This document shows positions 26,380 to 39,585 of a stretch of DNA of 64,000 nt, one piece after another. Position 1 is the first letter of the stretch; every line of letters starts with the position of its first letter. The position numbers and the translations under genes are program-made. The stretch is from Octopus sinensis (lineage: Eukaryota): contig NC_042998.1 of assembly GCF_006345805.1 (NCBI RefSeq), forward strand, positions 120,218,001 through 120,282,000, read 5' to 3'. The notes below the pieces were generated by a model that saw only the letters and a list, made by a program, of their open reading frames with translations, did no database searches and was not told where the DNA came from.

Positions 26380-26740
26380 ATGAGTAAAGATAGATCCAAT
26401 GGGAGGGTAAGAAAGAGTACATGGCCTCAATTTTAGTGACTATAGATTCACTAGAGAAGTACATGACCTAGAATCTATTGAATATAGATCCAGCAGGAAT
26501 ACATGACTCAGATTCTAGGGAATATAGATCCAGTAGGGAGAATATGACCTAGATTCTAATGAGTATAGATCCAGCAGGGAGTACATGGTTCAGATTCTAG
26601 TGAATGTAGGTCTAGCAGAGGATACATGACCTAAATCTTAAGTGAATAAAGATGTGACGGAGTACTTGACCTAAATTCTTGCAAAGATAGATTTAACATA
26701 AGGAAGCTCAGTTGTAGTGGACATAGATTCTAACATGCAG
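26380..26740. repeat. Degenerate ~41-bp minisatellite, about 8 units
   Basis: TACATG anchors at 26418, 26460, 26500, 26541, 26582, 26623, 26663; unit ~GAGTACATGACCTAGATTCTAGTGAATATAGATCCAGCAGG. Confidence 0.8.
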
Positions 26741-28593
26741 GACTACTAGCTATGAGATGGATGTGGCTTAAATTCTAGTTGGGATCACTGCTAGCAAAGA
26801 ATATATTCTAGATTCAACATATTATTAGCTACTAACTTTATATATTTTGAATATCAAGCCATCTGTTTTTTTTTTTGGTTTTTAGAAGTTCTACCCCATT
26901 CATATTCATTAATGCCAATGCGCACACATATAGAGATAAATATGTGTGTGTGTGTGTGTGTGTGTGTTAGCATATATTTGTATATACATGCAAATATGTG
27001 TATGTAGAGTGGGTGGTTTGGTGTACCTAAACAGATTTTTATTAATTATGTTTTATTAAGATTATTAATTTTTATTTATCAATTTGTTTAGAATGTAGTA
27101 GTAGTAATAGTAGTAGCAGCAGCAGCAGCAGTAGTCTAGTTATTATTTAGCTTCAGGAGAGCTCTGATCAAGTAACCACTGATCAAAGGCATGCTAGCCT
27201 TGACCACATGTTTTTTTGTTCTGTTTCTCTTGAACAATAATGGTTTCAGGGAATGTGGTTGCTGTTCTAGCTGGTTAAATGACTATACAGGATTTCTCTT
27301 ATCTGTAGTTATACTACTGTGGTTGATCAGCAGAGTTATTAGAGCATTGGACAGAATGTATTGCTGTAGTTGTTCCAGTTCTTACACTCTGAATTCAAGT
27401 CCTGCCATGGTTAACTTTACCATTCATCTTTTTTAAGAGTTGAATAAATTGACTAGCAACTCAGTGCTAGTAGGGTTTCTTCCCCGCTCTCTTTCCATTT
27501 GTCACAGCCTGAATGTTATACTGGGTCAAAGGTAGAAGGTGTCTGTGTGCATCTGCCTGCATACTACTGTATGAACGCCTAAAACCATTCTTGAAAAACA
27601 TGCTGATACTGAGACCTCTTCAGTTGCAATTAATAGTAGCAGTAGTAGATAGTTAGATTGATTTTATAGTTAATTCAGTAAAATGCTTTTTTTCATTTAG
27701 AAAGAAATTAATTTTGTAGCTGAAATATAACAACACATTGTTTAAGTCGATATTGAAATAATACATAAAAATAATATAATAAAATAGTAAATATGGTGAT
27801 AATACACAGTAACATATGTTGCTCTGGTAGTAAATACAGTGTTATACACATCCCTCCATTGCCATGCACTTGCAAGTGGGCATAACTTAGTAGCATATAC
27901 CATGCTTTCGCTGATTGCTTTAGATGTCTATGTAGTCCTGAATAACTTTGAGCCAGCAGAACATCAAAGATGTGATAGGTAGAGAGAAAGCTGCATCAAC
28001 ACTTATCTAGGATTAGTTTTCAGCTAACTAGATGGAGCAATGGAGAATGAACTATCTTGTTCAAGGATAAATACACCACCCAGCTCAGGAATTAGACCAT
28101 TGTCCTTAAGATTATGAGCCCAACACATTACTCCCCTCTCAATACCCAATAGGTCTCTCAATTAGCAATAATGTACTGCAGTAAATATTGTGACAATGCA
28201 GAAAATATTACAAGAGTTAAATATTGGTTAATATATAATATAACTTAGTGATAATTGATAATATAATGACATGAATATAGTTATAATGCAAAAATTAACA
28301 ATGGGAACACATTTATTAGATTAGTGATAATATATAACAAAAATATGTTATATTTGTAAATAGTTGTACACATAACAATTTAGGATGATGGGAATACACA
28401 CAGATATGTAAATGTAACAATGTAAAACAACACCATTTGATGAATCAATAATATATAGAATACATATGATGCAACAGCAAATTACAGCAATAAAATCATT
28501 ATATTGAAGTACAGACACACGGGGTGGTGGAGGGGAAAAGTTCCTAGCTTTAAGTGTCTCACAGTTGGAGGCCCAATCTTTTGAGTTCTTTTA

Positions 28594-28668
28594 GAGGGTT
28601 TAGGAAAACTGAAGGACTGCTGCAATAAGTATGTGAGTCTGAGAGGGGAATATGTTGAATTATTATAA
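28594..28668 (+). mobile_element. mariner transposase C-terminal scrap
   Basis: EGLGKLKDCCNKYVSLRGEYVELL* resembles the mariner C-terminus (GIxKLxxRWxKCIxxxGxYVE). Confidence 0.55.
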
Positions 28669-29949
28669 TTAACTGATCCTCTTGTATTTTCTTTTACCCA
28701 AAGAGCCAGGAACTTTTCAGCACCCCCTGCTATACCCATACACTTCATTGATGGAGACCAATGTTCAAATGTATGATAGTCATAGAAGAATGTGTTCTGA
28801 ATGTGCCAATGGAAAAGCTTCTGCATAATTACTTGACTTGCTAGAAACAGCAGGCGAATCTTTGCTCATTTTACATGCTATTGTCTTAAAATCAAAAAGG
28901 ACATATTGGTTAATGTAATCTGAAATGTAACACTGTATCTGAATAAAAGATGGGATGGTCATAGCTAGACTTCTTTGATCAGAGGTTTTCTCAATCTGTG
29001 CTTACCTGAATCTAAACAATAACTGTCCCACAATCTAGCTGTCCAGGCTAAAGTCTATTTTCTCTCCAGTGTTAAGAAATAATTGTATTTATAGTACAAC
29101 TTATTTATTATCCCAGTTCTAAAACCAGAGCATTTGTGATTGAGACCCATAGTATTTCATCATACTGCATATATCACCAGCATTGAACACACATCAATGA
29201 ATGAATATTGCCAGAATGTTTAGCTGTGTATAATTGTTGTTCAGCCCCAGGTCAATCCTGATAAAATAGACCTGTGGTTCTAAGGCATTCCAGCAGTGAC
29301 CATCTCCCTCTCTCTCTTTTTTTTTTCTGTTTTGGACAGAGTCTAGGACTATTTTATTCAATGTGTCAAGAGTTCTGTTTTCAGCAGATTGATTGACCAT
29401 ATAGAAGCTCATTCACTGGCTCAAGTGTCTATTTGTTGAAAGAAACAATGATTATTATTATTTTTTTTTTTACTTTTGTATCCCTCATTTGTCATGAAGA
29501 AAACTATGAGAAGTTGTGGTGTACATACTTTTCCTAAGTATTTTCAATATTGTGTTGATTCTCATAGTCAAAAGCAAATTAATTCAGTGTAAATTGTTGT
29601 ATAACCCTCAAATCAGATCTGATTGGTTAGGCATAGTATATCTAGGACCAGATTTCCATTGTATGCTTTTTGCCACTACATATAGAATTTCTCATGTTTG
29701 TGATGGAAAATGGCTGTAGTAAACGTAAGCCAAGGAAGACTTTTATTAGACTTAATGGATGGCATAGTTGTGAGGTTGATGGCTAGATGCTGTTTTGTAA
29801 AATATGTTCAAACTATTACTGGTAAAATGATGATGATAGTGATAAATTACTGTCATGACAATAATGAGTAATGGAGATATGCTATGTATATTTGGTTAAT
29901 TTTCTTTTGTTGCTAATTTTAGATCTGTTAAGTCACTATTAATTGCATA

Positions 29950-30140
29950 TCTTTGTTATTCCAAAGACACACATGCTGTTTTGTTACCCTAGTGACACAC
30001 ATCTTTTTGTTACTCTCTGACACACAGAATTTCTCATGTTTGACATACAAATGCCCCTTTGTTACCTGTTGACACATACACCCACTGTTATCTTATTGGC
30101 ACACACACACACACCTCTGTTACTCTGTTGTCAAATACAA
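29950..30140. repeat. Degenerate ~26-bp minisatellite, about 7 units
   Basis: TTGTTAC anchors near 29953, 29981, 30007, 30059, 30085, 30117, each followed by TGACACACA-like sequence. Confidence 0.7.
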
Positions 30141-30485
30141 ATTTTTCATAATTTCTAAATGAACAACTTGAGAAGAATGCACACTAGACTCTGAAGGGCC
30201 ACAGTATACAGATATTTTTTTTTGTGACAGTTCTAGTTAGACATCATCTACATCAGTCTGAATCCTGGAAATGGGAAAGGTTGCTCCCCCGTACCTGTCT
30301 AATAAAACGTTAAAAGAAAAAAGTAAACATTTCAATGGAATGTTTTATTTTTATTTAACTCTGGGCCGATTTCGAGCAGGCAACCTCTGTTCAAAGACAT
30401 TCTATAATTGTGCCTTTTTAAAAAAAATTTTTTTATGATTAAAAAAAAAAAAAAAATGTATCTAGGACTACAATGTCAATGAATT

Positions 30486-30785
30486 CATCATCATCATAGT
30501 TTAACGTCCGCTTTCCATGCTGGCATGGGTTGGATGGTTTGACAGAGGACTGGCTAGCCAGGAGGCTGCACCAGGCTCCAATCTAATTTGGCAAGGTTTC
30601 TACAGTTGGATACCATTTCTAACACCAACCACTCCAAGAGTGTTGTAGGTGCTTTTTATGTGCCACTGGCTTTTCATGTGTACTGGCATTGACCACACTT
30701 GAATGGTGCTTTTTACACACCACTGGCATGGGAGCCAGACAGGCAGCACTGGCAACAGCCATGCTTGAATGGTGCTTTTTACAGG
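30486..30785 (-). mobile_element. Short RTE-tailed element
   Basis: Same family as 3505-3880. Confidence 0.75.
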
Positions 30786-33441
30786 GTGTATGTTGAGGGG
30801 GATTTGGCAGCTATGTCTAAGCCTGCTTGACATTCATTAGATGAATTTTAAAAAAGAACACTGTAGGGGATTTTCCTTCAGTGATTGATTTTAGACATTA
30901 CCAATATTTAGTTGTATATAATTTTGATGAGCATATAATTGACATATTTAATTTTCATTTAGTTTTTTTTTTTCATTATTGTTTAAGCTACATATATTAA
31001 TGAGAGAGAATTTATGTCATATATCTGTTACATTAATGTGTGATTGAGTTTTAATTAGTGAAACCTTTATATAAATATATCTTGGTGTAGTGCGTTATCT
31101 GACAGCATATGGTACTTTAGTATATAAACTAAGTTATGCATGTGTTTTAAGAAAACAAAATGAGGATTGAGGAAAGAGTGAGTGTAAAGGAGAAGATGTA
31201 GGAATTGTGCAAGAAATGTAGTTAGTGAGAAGGGTGGGGTGGCAGATTAACAGATTTGCTGCTTCAGAAGGAGTGAAGGGTAGAGAAAGAAAACAAGATA
31301 AACACTCTGTTAAAGAGAGAGAGAGAAAGAAAAGCAGAGAGAAAGAGAATAGGTACACTAATGTAAATGAATAAATAGGTATACCCCAGTAAGAGAACAA
31401 GTGCACTCCAGACAACTGGGCTAATTTATCAGCCCACCTTTGTAGCCTAGAAAGAAGACTGAGCCATTCTCTTCAAGAATATATATACTTTTCTTTGTCA
31501 ATTGAAATTCCAGTAAGAGAATAGGTACACTCCATTGAGAGAAATAGGTATTAAGTGACCATCTCATTGTATAGCATGACTAAATGTTCAAAGTAGACAA
31601 CGTATGTGATCAACTGATTAGAAATGGAAACCATGTTATATGGTTTGTTTATAAATGTAGTTGCAATGTTATTTTGGCATTATATATTAACCCTAAGCGG
31701 TGAGCTGGCAGAATCGTTAGCATACTGGATGAAATGCTTAGTGGTATTTTGCTCGTCACTACATTCTGAGTTCAAATTCCACTGAGGTTGACTTTGCCTT
31801 TTATCCTTTTGATAAATTAAGCACCAGTGAAACACTGGGGTTGCTGTAATCAACTAATCTCCTCTCTACAAACTTCAGGCCTTGTGCCTTTAATAGAAAG
31901 GATTATATATTAACCCTTATAAGACAGCTGGGCCAATCTGTCAGCTCACTCTTTGTAGTCATGAAATAAAGCCAGTCCAATCTCTTTAAGATTATATATG
32001 CGTTTTGTTGTTGATTTAAATTCAGTGTACTCATGGTCATGTAGATTACAGGTTTGCTTTGTATTCCCATGGTTCTAGATGTAGGTTTCAGATAGTTCAT
32101 CTGATTGGCTACCACACAATTTCTGATCATCCAATTTCAATTATATAGGTTAAATCAGAAGACATTTGGCCCAGTAGCCATGGTCTAGGGAGAAACCCTG
32201 GACCATGCTGATAAGCTCAAATATTTCAGCTGGTTTTAGCTTAAGCAATAACTAACTTAAGTGTTACATCAGAAATTAGTTTGTAATCATTTTGTGTCCA
32301 CTTTTCACAAGAGCATGAGTTGGATGGGTTGTCACAGTTGAGTCTGTTTTTATTCAGAATTTCTACCCTCCTAAATAAGCTGGTGGATGACATCTCATTT
32401 GTACATTTCATGTTTGGCATGGTTTCTGTGGTGGATACTCTTCATACATTTTATCAAGGCACCAACATTCAAGAAGTTGTCATGTCCTTAAACTGACTAA
32501 AAGGCTTTCCTGACACTGTGTTGTCTCTGTTTTGTTCACCAACAACTTAACAGAATATCCTGAATGGCATTAGTGTTCGTGAGATTATCTTGGGCTCTTT
32601 AGCCTCTAGGGCTCAAAGCCTCTAAAGAGCCCTGTTTATTTCATGGTATCTGAGAGGGAGTGATTAGAAGAGAAAGTGATAACTGAAGGTCTAAGGTGAA
32701 TGAGTAAAGTGAACAAAAATAGGATGAAAGAAATAGTGATTGTGGTGAGAGGGTGGCAGAGGTGGAAATAGTGAAAGAGCAATAGTTCTGGAAAAAGTAA
32801 TAGAAGAGAGAGAGAGTAATGGCAGTTACCTGTGTGCTGATATATAAAATAGACTGAGTGATGGATGATAAGAGAGAGTGTTAGATATCAATTACAAGAA
32901 GTTTAGGAGTGGAGTGATGGCTAGCAGTATAGAATGGATGATGGTAGGATGTATAAGCTACAAACAGAAAGGCATCTGGATGGGAAAGAGAGATAGAAAG
33001 TCCAGTGCCTTTTCTCGTTACACAGGTGGCATGTTGCAGTGAATGGAGAGAGTGTGAGTGTCAAAATATAAGAGGATTGGACAGACCCAATACCATCTTG
33101 AGTTACAGGGCAGCTAGGTACAATGCATAGGAGGAGAAATCCACTGTCTTAGTTACACAGGCAACATGATACAGAGAAAAGATGAGTGGTGTTGGTATAA
33201 GTGATAGAGTAATAAATGATGAGAGGGCATCAAAGATGTAAAGGGATGGGCAACAGATGGGGACTTGATAGTTGTATTAGACAAGAGACCGAAATGTGTG
33301 TGTGTGTTGTGTGTGCCTCCCTTTAAACACAACAATTACAACATTTGTTCTGCCATGGTTGCACGTGTTGGGAGGAATCTCCTCCAACACCATGTGTTGG
33401 CGAACATTAATGATTTTAAAACATTAATACATTAATCTCTT

Positions 33442-33569
<128 letters not shown>

Positions 33570-33997
33570 TGAAAAGAAAGAAGTGAGCTGGGTATGTTTT
33601 GTTATGGAGACATTTAATTAACCTCATAACAAAACAAAGTAAAATAATGAGTTATGACAAACAAAGCATCATATAGCCTGTTGTTTTAGTAATACCAACT
33701 GTATGTATCTTATTTATAACAGTTATATGGAGCTGTGCAAGTTCATATATCATCATCATCATCATTCTTTAATGTCTGTTTTCCATGCTGGCATGAGTTG
33801 GATGGTTTGACCTGGGCTAGCATGCCAGAGAACTGCACCAGGTTCCATTCTAGTTTGGCTTAGTTTCTGTAGTTAGATGCCCTTCCTAACATCTACCACT
33901 TTACAGTGTGTGCTGGGTGCTTTTAACATATCAGGCTATATGATGCTGCCTGACATAACTTTCCATTTTGCATTGTATTGTTTTGTTGTTAATTGAG

Positions 33998-34776
33998 TCA
34001 TCATCATCATCATTTAACGTCCGCTTTCCATGCTTGCATGGGGTTGGACGATTTGACTGAGGACTGGTGAATCAGATGGCTGCACCAGGCTCCAATCTGA
34101 TCTGGCAGAGTTTCTACAGCTGGATGCCCTTCCTAACACCAACCACTCCGAGAATGTAGTGGGTGCTTTTACGCGCCACCGGCACGACGGCCAGTCAGGT
34201 GGTACTGGCAATGGTCACGCTCAAATGATGTTTTTTTATGTGCCACCTGCACAGGAGCTAGTCCAGCAGCACTGGCAACGACCTCACTCGAATGCTTTTT
34301 CGCGTGCCAGTAAGGCAACGCTGGTAACGATCACGCTCAAATGGTGCTTTTTATGTGCCAACGGCATGGAAGCTAGTCAGCTGCTCTGGCAACAATCACA
34401 CTCAGATGGTGCTCTTAGCACTCCACTAGCATGGATGTCAGTCATCGAATTTGATTTCGATTTCACTTGCCTTTACAGGTCTTTTCAAGCAAAGTTTAGT
34501 GTCCAATGAAGGAAAGGTACGCATAAGTGGGCTGGTTACACCCCTGGCATAGTCCTTGGGTTATGGTCTCACTTGGCTTGCCGAGTCTTCTCAAGCACAG
34601 CGTATTTCCAAAGGTCTCGGTCACTAGTCATTGCCTTGGTGAGGCCTAATGTTCAAAGGTCGTGCTTCACCACCTCATCCCAGATCTTCCTGGGTCCACC
34701 TCTTCCACAGGTTCCCTCAACTGCTAGGGTGTGGTACTTTTTCACGCAGCTATCCTCATCCATTCTCGCCAAAATT
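33998..34776 (-). mobile_element. Young RTE-tailed element (RT C-terminal remnant, UTR with tandem units, (ATG)n tail)
   Basis: CpG-rich, best-preserved family member in the window. Confidence 0.85.
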
Positions 34777-36199
34777 ACATGGGCTGTTACTTCACCTTAC
34801 TGGAAATGATGAGGGTCTGTGTTGGCAACAGTTAGTCTAAAACAGACTTCATAGAATATGAATGAGGAGTGAATGTCTAAATGGAGGGCAGAGAAACAAT
34901 GGTCTTGATCTGGTAGGCAGCAAACAAGAAAAAACAAATTGCAGTGAAAGAGTAGGGCCGAGATAGAGGTTGACTGCACTTCCTCCAATTTATATAGCAT
35001 TCTGGCTTTGCAATGTATCGCATTTAAGTGAAATGGGCTATCATCTGGATTGATCAATTCTGAGCGTATCACCTTGATATCCTTAAATTTCAATCATGTG
35101 ACAACTCCTCTACTTGTGGAGTACTCTCACATCATAGTAGCAGGGAAAGCTGCCTACCCAGGAGCAGTAAGTAATTTTCAGCTTAGGAGCTTCTGCTTCA
35201 ACTTTTGATTTTGCATATGTCTGTTTAGTTGTCTTTTAAGGGCATTCACCTGACCATTTGACCATCTACATTAGATTCTGTTTTTTGAACATCTTGATGC
35301 TGTCCTCTTTCTCTTTATTCTCTTGACCCATTTCTCGCACTCCTCGTATCCCAAACACTTTCATTCACTGCATTTCTCTTCATATTTGCTGCTTGGTCAA
35401 CATCACCTTTGTCCATCTCTATACTCCATTGAATGGTAAGAGCCTGAAATGTTAAGACATTTCACTCTTTATAGCAATAGATCTTATTGATAACTCTACT
35501 GCACACTGTATAATGCCATGCTATGTCTGAACAGCATGGCACTGTACACTGTGTAATGTCATGCTGTCTTTATATGATATCTTGCTGTGTTTTAATAGAT
35601 TGACATTGTCAGTTATTTCACAAGACACATGTTGCATTTCACCCACTCTTCCTCAGCATAGTATTTACTATGAAACTGTTCTTATCACTCATAGTCATGC
35701 TAAAATATCTTAGATCAATATTGTTTTGAGAAAGAAATAATTACAAAAGTGTGTGCAGAAGAGGAAGTGAGAAAGATGGAACCCTAATCAAAGGAGATAG
35801 ATGCACAAAGCGACAACATACTATCATATGACTAAATAGAAGAAAAAAGCAATAGCATATCAGACTAATCTGCTATTTCATTTATGATATATGATGTCAC
35901 AGTTATGTTACTAATGCAAAAATGAACCAATTTTGAGGAGGCAACATTCAGTTATATTGAATCCAGTACTTAACTGGTATTTATTTTATCAGCTGTGGAA
36001 GGATGAAAAGAAAAGTTAACTTCAGAGGATTTAAACACAGAATGTAGTGTAAATTTAACTAAATACCACCACATGATATTTTGACTATGTTCTATCAATT
36101 TTGCTAATCCACTGTCTTTATGTTAGTTTATATTGCCCTATAATTATCATAAATATGTTTAAAATATTTCTTTCTATCTTCAGTTCAGTTTTTGTGCTT

Positions 36200-36610
36200 A
36201 CCCTCACAATGATCATGAGTGTTGGGTAATGACTGAAAGAGTATGGTCTCGAATACAAGTGGCCAAAATGGGGATCTTTCAAAGGATCTCTGGAGTAATG
36301 TTACTCAACAGGGTGCACAGCTCAGAGATCAATGAGTCTCTCTAGGTCAAGCTGCTACTTCTCAGCATTGAGAGATCATAGCTCTAGTACTATGGACATA
36401 TGACTAGAATATCACAAGAATTGCAGGATGGATCCTTCAAGCCAAGCCAATTGGTAGGAGATCTAGGGGTAAACAAAGAACAAAATAGTTGGATAATATC
36501 CGTTGTGTCAGTTGGTTACACCTGGGAATTCAACTGGAAAGTCTAATGATGGTTGCTTCTGATAGGACCCTATCTAAGGGCTCTACTCCATGGCTCTCCC
36601 AAGAAAAGTG
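36200..36610 (+). mobile_element. RTE/Expander-type LINE RT C-terminal fragment (related copy minus ~60650-61090)
   Basis: HECWVMTERVWSRIQVAKMGIFQRISGVMLLNRVHSSEINESL...LLLSIERS...YGHMTR; the copy at 60799 has SGVTLLDRMQNLEIRK...LQFRYYGHVIRM. Confidence 0.75.
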
Positions 36611-37505
36611 GGTGGAGAAGATGGATGGATGTTTAAAGTAAAGAAAAAAGTATTGGTGTGTTCTGGATAGGGATACTTAGTGCTCCCATAAATCTTAAAT
36701 TTCATAACTATTTAATTCGATTCCTGTTTCCACTATTATGTCTTCTCAATAACAGCAACCAATTCACTAATGAATCTGTATAGCAATCATTTTTTTACTC
36801 ATATAAACATTTTATAATGTCTACTGGAATTAATGTTAATCTTCTAATTTCTTAAATGTCACTTACCTCTTCCCACATGCAGTTGTTTTAAATCTAAATT
36901 TTATTGGACCTAATAAAATCTTGTGTTCTTTAAAACTGTTGCATTACAAGTTTCTCTGTGCTTCTGTAAACAGTTTCATTGTATTCTTCAAAAATGTTTT
37001 GGTCTCTCATTCTAGCTATAGAAATATGTCAGAGGATTCTGTCCGTACTACTTTTCTTGCAAAGAACTTCAGAGAAGCTGTTTGCTTTACACACTACTGT
37101 TAATGCTATTACTATTTGTACTTTCATGCCTGGTATTCATGGTTTATACTCTGTTGCATTGAATGGTTAGAAAATTTAGTCTGGCATCATTTCTTAAACT
37201 CTTTTTGTTGTAAGGTGAAGGAGGTTTTTGTAAAAACTTCAATAAATGCTAATGAGTATTTTGACTGCAGCCAAAGGTTAACCTCTGAGCATGTCAATGA
37301 AATATGTACCCAACATGTTACCAGTTTGTTTCATTTCCACTGTGATTTGTGCAGACTAGTTCCACTGGATTTATATCCCACTGTAAACACAAGTACTACG
37401 TATTTTCATGCGCAGTTGATTGTTATATGAAAAAAAAATATTTATTAGTTACTAAATATAAATAATAAAGATTGGAGAGTATTGTAGTTCGCTTGAAGCA
37501 TTGTG

Positions 37506-37767
37506 TATTGTTTGTAAACAATAATAATAAATAGTAATGTGTTTTGAATAGCACAACAATGCACTATAACAACAATGGACTATAAATTTCTTCTTCAGAT
37601 ATCCCTAGGGATATCTGAAGAAGAAATTTTTATATTCCGAAATATTATATCAGACTATGGATGATTAAATTACAACAGTTATTATAGTCCAGTGTTGTTA
37701 TCATAGTGCATTGTTGTGCCATTCAAAATACATTATTACTATTTATTATTATTGTTTACAAATAATA
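37506..37767. repeat. ~260-bp fold-back palindrome with a perfect 46-bp core
   Basis: Arms 37506-37585 and 37682-37767 are reverse complements; perfect palindrome 37584-37629 centred on CCCT|AGGG. Confidence 0.9.
37610..37651 (+). ncRNA. Minimal hammerhead ribozyme-like motif
   Basis: gatat CTGAAGA agaaatttttatattcc GAA atat t atatc. Stem I gatat/atatc, imperfect stem II, palindromic ATAT stem III, AUU triplet. Confidence 0.55.
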
Positions 37768-37931
37768 AAGAAATAGTGCTGGAGTTTAATAATTAGTGAA
37801 TTAGTGAACCTGTGACCATACCAATATACAATATTCTTTCAACATTTAATTTCTGTTAAATTAGCTTATACATAAATAAAATAAGAATAAAGTCCTTTTC
37901 ACGTTTATTTAATTTTCTTTCTTTCTTTTAG

Positions 37932-38046
37932 GTGGCCGAAATAAGCAAGGTGGCCCAATTTTGACATTCCCTTCACACACTCATCCTGAAAGATTAAAAT
38001 ATGAAGATTTACGACGACTCATGACCTATCTTGCCAGTGTGCCAAG
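37932..38046 (+). CDS. TRIO: Trio/Kalirin exon, SEC14/CRAL-TRIO domain start ((G)GRNKQGGPILTFPSHTHPERLKYEDLRRLMTYLASVP)
   Basis: tttcttttag acceptor and AG|gtaagt donor; 115 nt, phase 1 to 2. Peptide matches Trio/Kalirin GGRDKRGGPILTFP...DLRRLISYL. Confidence 0.95.
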
Positions 38047-38089
38047 GTAAGTAATTATAAATTATTGTTATGATTACTTGACTCCTGTT

Positions 38090-39585
38090 TGCATTTTTTT
38101 GTGTCCATGCTTGAATGGAGCTTTTTACGTGCCACCAGTATGAGAGCCAGTCAGGTGGCACTGGCAACAACCATGCTTGAATGGTGCTTTTTATATGCCA
38201 CTGACATGGGAGCCAGTCAGGTGGCACTGTCATCGGCCATGACAATGACGTCATTTGACTCAACAGGTCTTTGCAAGTGGAGTTTATTGCCCAATGATTG
38301 AAGGGAACCTGTCATCGCCTCTGTCAGGCCCGACGTTCGAAGGTCATCCCAGGTCTTCCTGGGTCTACCTCTTCCACAGGTTCCCTCAACTGCTAGGGTG
38401 TGACACTTTTTCACACAGCTGTCTTCATCCATACGCAACACATGACCATACCAGCACAGTTGTCTTGCTTGCATACCACATCTGATGCTTCTTAGGTCCA
38501 ACTTTTCTCCCAGGGCACTTAAACTCTGTCGTGTATGCACACTGACATTACACATCCAGCGGAGCATACCAGCTTCATTCCTTACATGCTTATGCATGTC
38601 CTCAGCAGTCACGGCCCATGTTTCACTGCCATGTAGTATGGCTGTTTGCACACATATGTCATACAGTCTACTGTTTACTCTGAGTGAGAGACCTTTTATC
38701 AACAGCAGAGGTAGGAGCTCTCTGAACTTCGCCCAGGCTATTCTTATTCTAGCAACTACACTCTCAGAGCATCCATGCCCGCTACTGACTTGATCACTTA
38801 GGTAACGGAAGCTATCAACTATTTCTAGTTTTACCTCCTGTCATGTGATGGAAGCTATTTTCTGCACTTTTAGAGCAAGGTCATCAGCATAGAGGAGCTC
38901 TCAGGGGCATCCTGTCTTGAATTCCTCTGTTATTGCCTGGAGGACTATGGTGAATAAGAGGGGGCTGAGGACTGATCCTTGGTGGACCCCTACCTGGAAT
39001 TCTTCACTATACTTGTTGCCAACCTTACTGACAGCATCCCTGTACATGGCTTGTACAGCTCTCACTGACCATTCATCTATCCCTAGTTTTCGCATTGACC
39101 ACCAGATAAGGGAGCAAAGGCTTTCTCCATGTCAATGAAAGCCAGGTACAGAGGTTTATCTTTGGCTAAATATTTCTCCTGCAGCTGTCTCACCAGAAAT
39201 ATAGCATCAATGGTGCTTTTCCCTGGCACAAACCCAAACTGCATCTCATCTAAAATGAGTCTCTCTTTAATTAGTTGGGCTATGACCCTCTCTGATCCAA
39301 CAACTTGATACCTATACCTCTGTAATTATTCGCATCTAATGCATCACCTTTACCTTTGTAGCAATTGACTATGGGGCTGCTACACCAGTCATTGGGTATG
39401 ACTCCTTCATGTATCACCTGGTTAACTATATGGGTGACTAGACTATAGCCGACACTGCCAGATATTTTCAGCATTTTTAGGAAAGAGACGTTAAAGCATG
39501 ATGCAGTCCTTGGACCTGTTAGATCATCAAGCTGTTCAGTCCATGCTAGCATGGAAGATAGGCATTAAAAGATGATGATGATGAT
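38090..39585 (-). mobile_element. RTE LINE reverse transcriptase fragments
   Basis: VIPNDWCSSPIVNCYKGKGDALDANNYRGI, GVHQGSVLSPLLF, LLYADDL and ILHGSETWAVT...WYGHVLRMDEDSCVKKC...GRGRPRKTW. Confidence 0.9.

Noticed and set aside
26380-30140. CRISPR-like arrays at the two minisatellites
   Set aside because: Units are degenerate and contiguous with no unique spacers; context is eukaryotic and no cas genes are present.
33365-33390. GC-rich hairpin GTGTTG(G)GAGG-aatct-CCTCCAACAC
   Set aside because: Isolated 10-bp stem with no second copy or context; may be chance.
35625-35665. CTGAGGA agagtgggt GAAA tgca (minus)
   Set aside because: Stem II is unpaired and there is no valid NUH triplet.
36979-37170. 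ORF ILSVLLFLQRTSEKLFAL as the missing Trio exon
   Set aside because: Only superficial similarity to DVLPILKEKVAYLS, and no suitable phase-1 donor.
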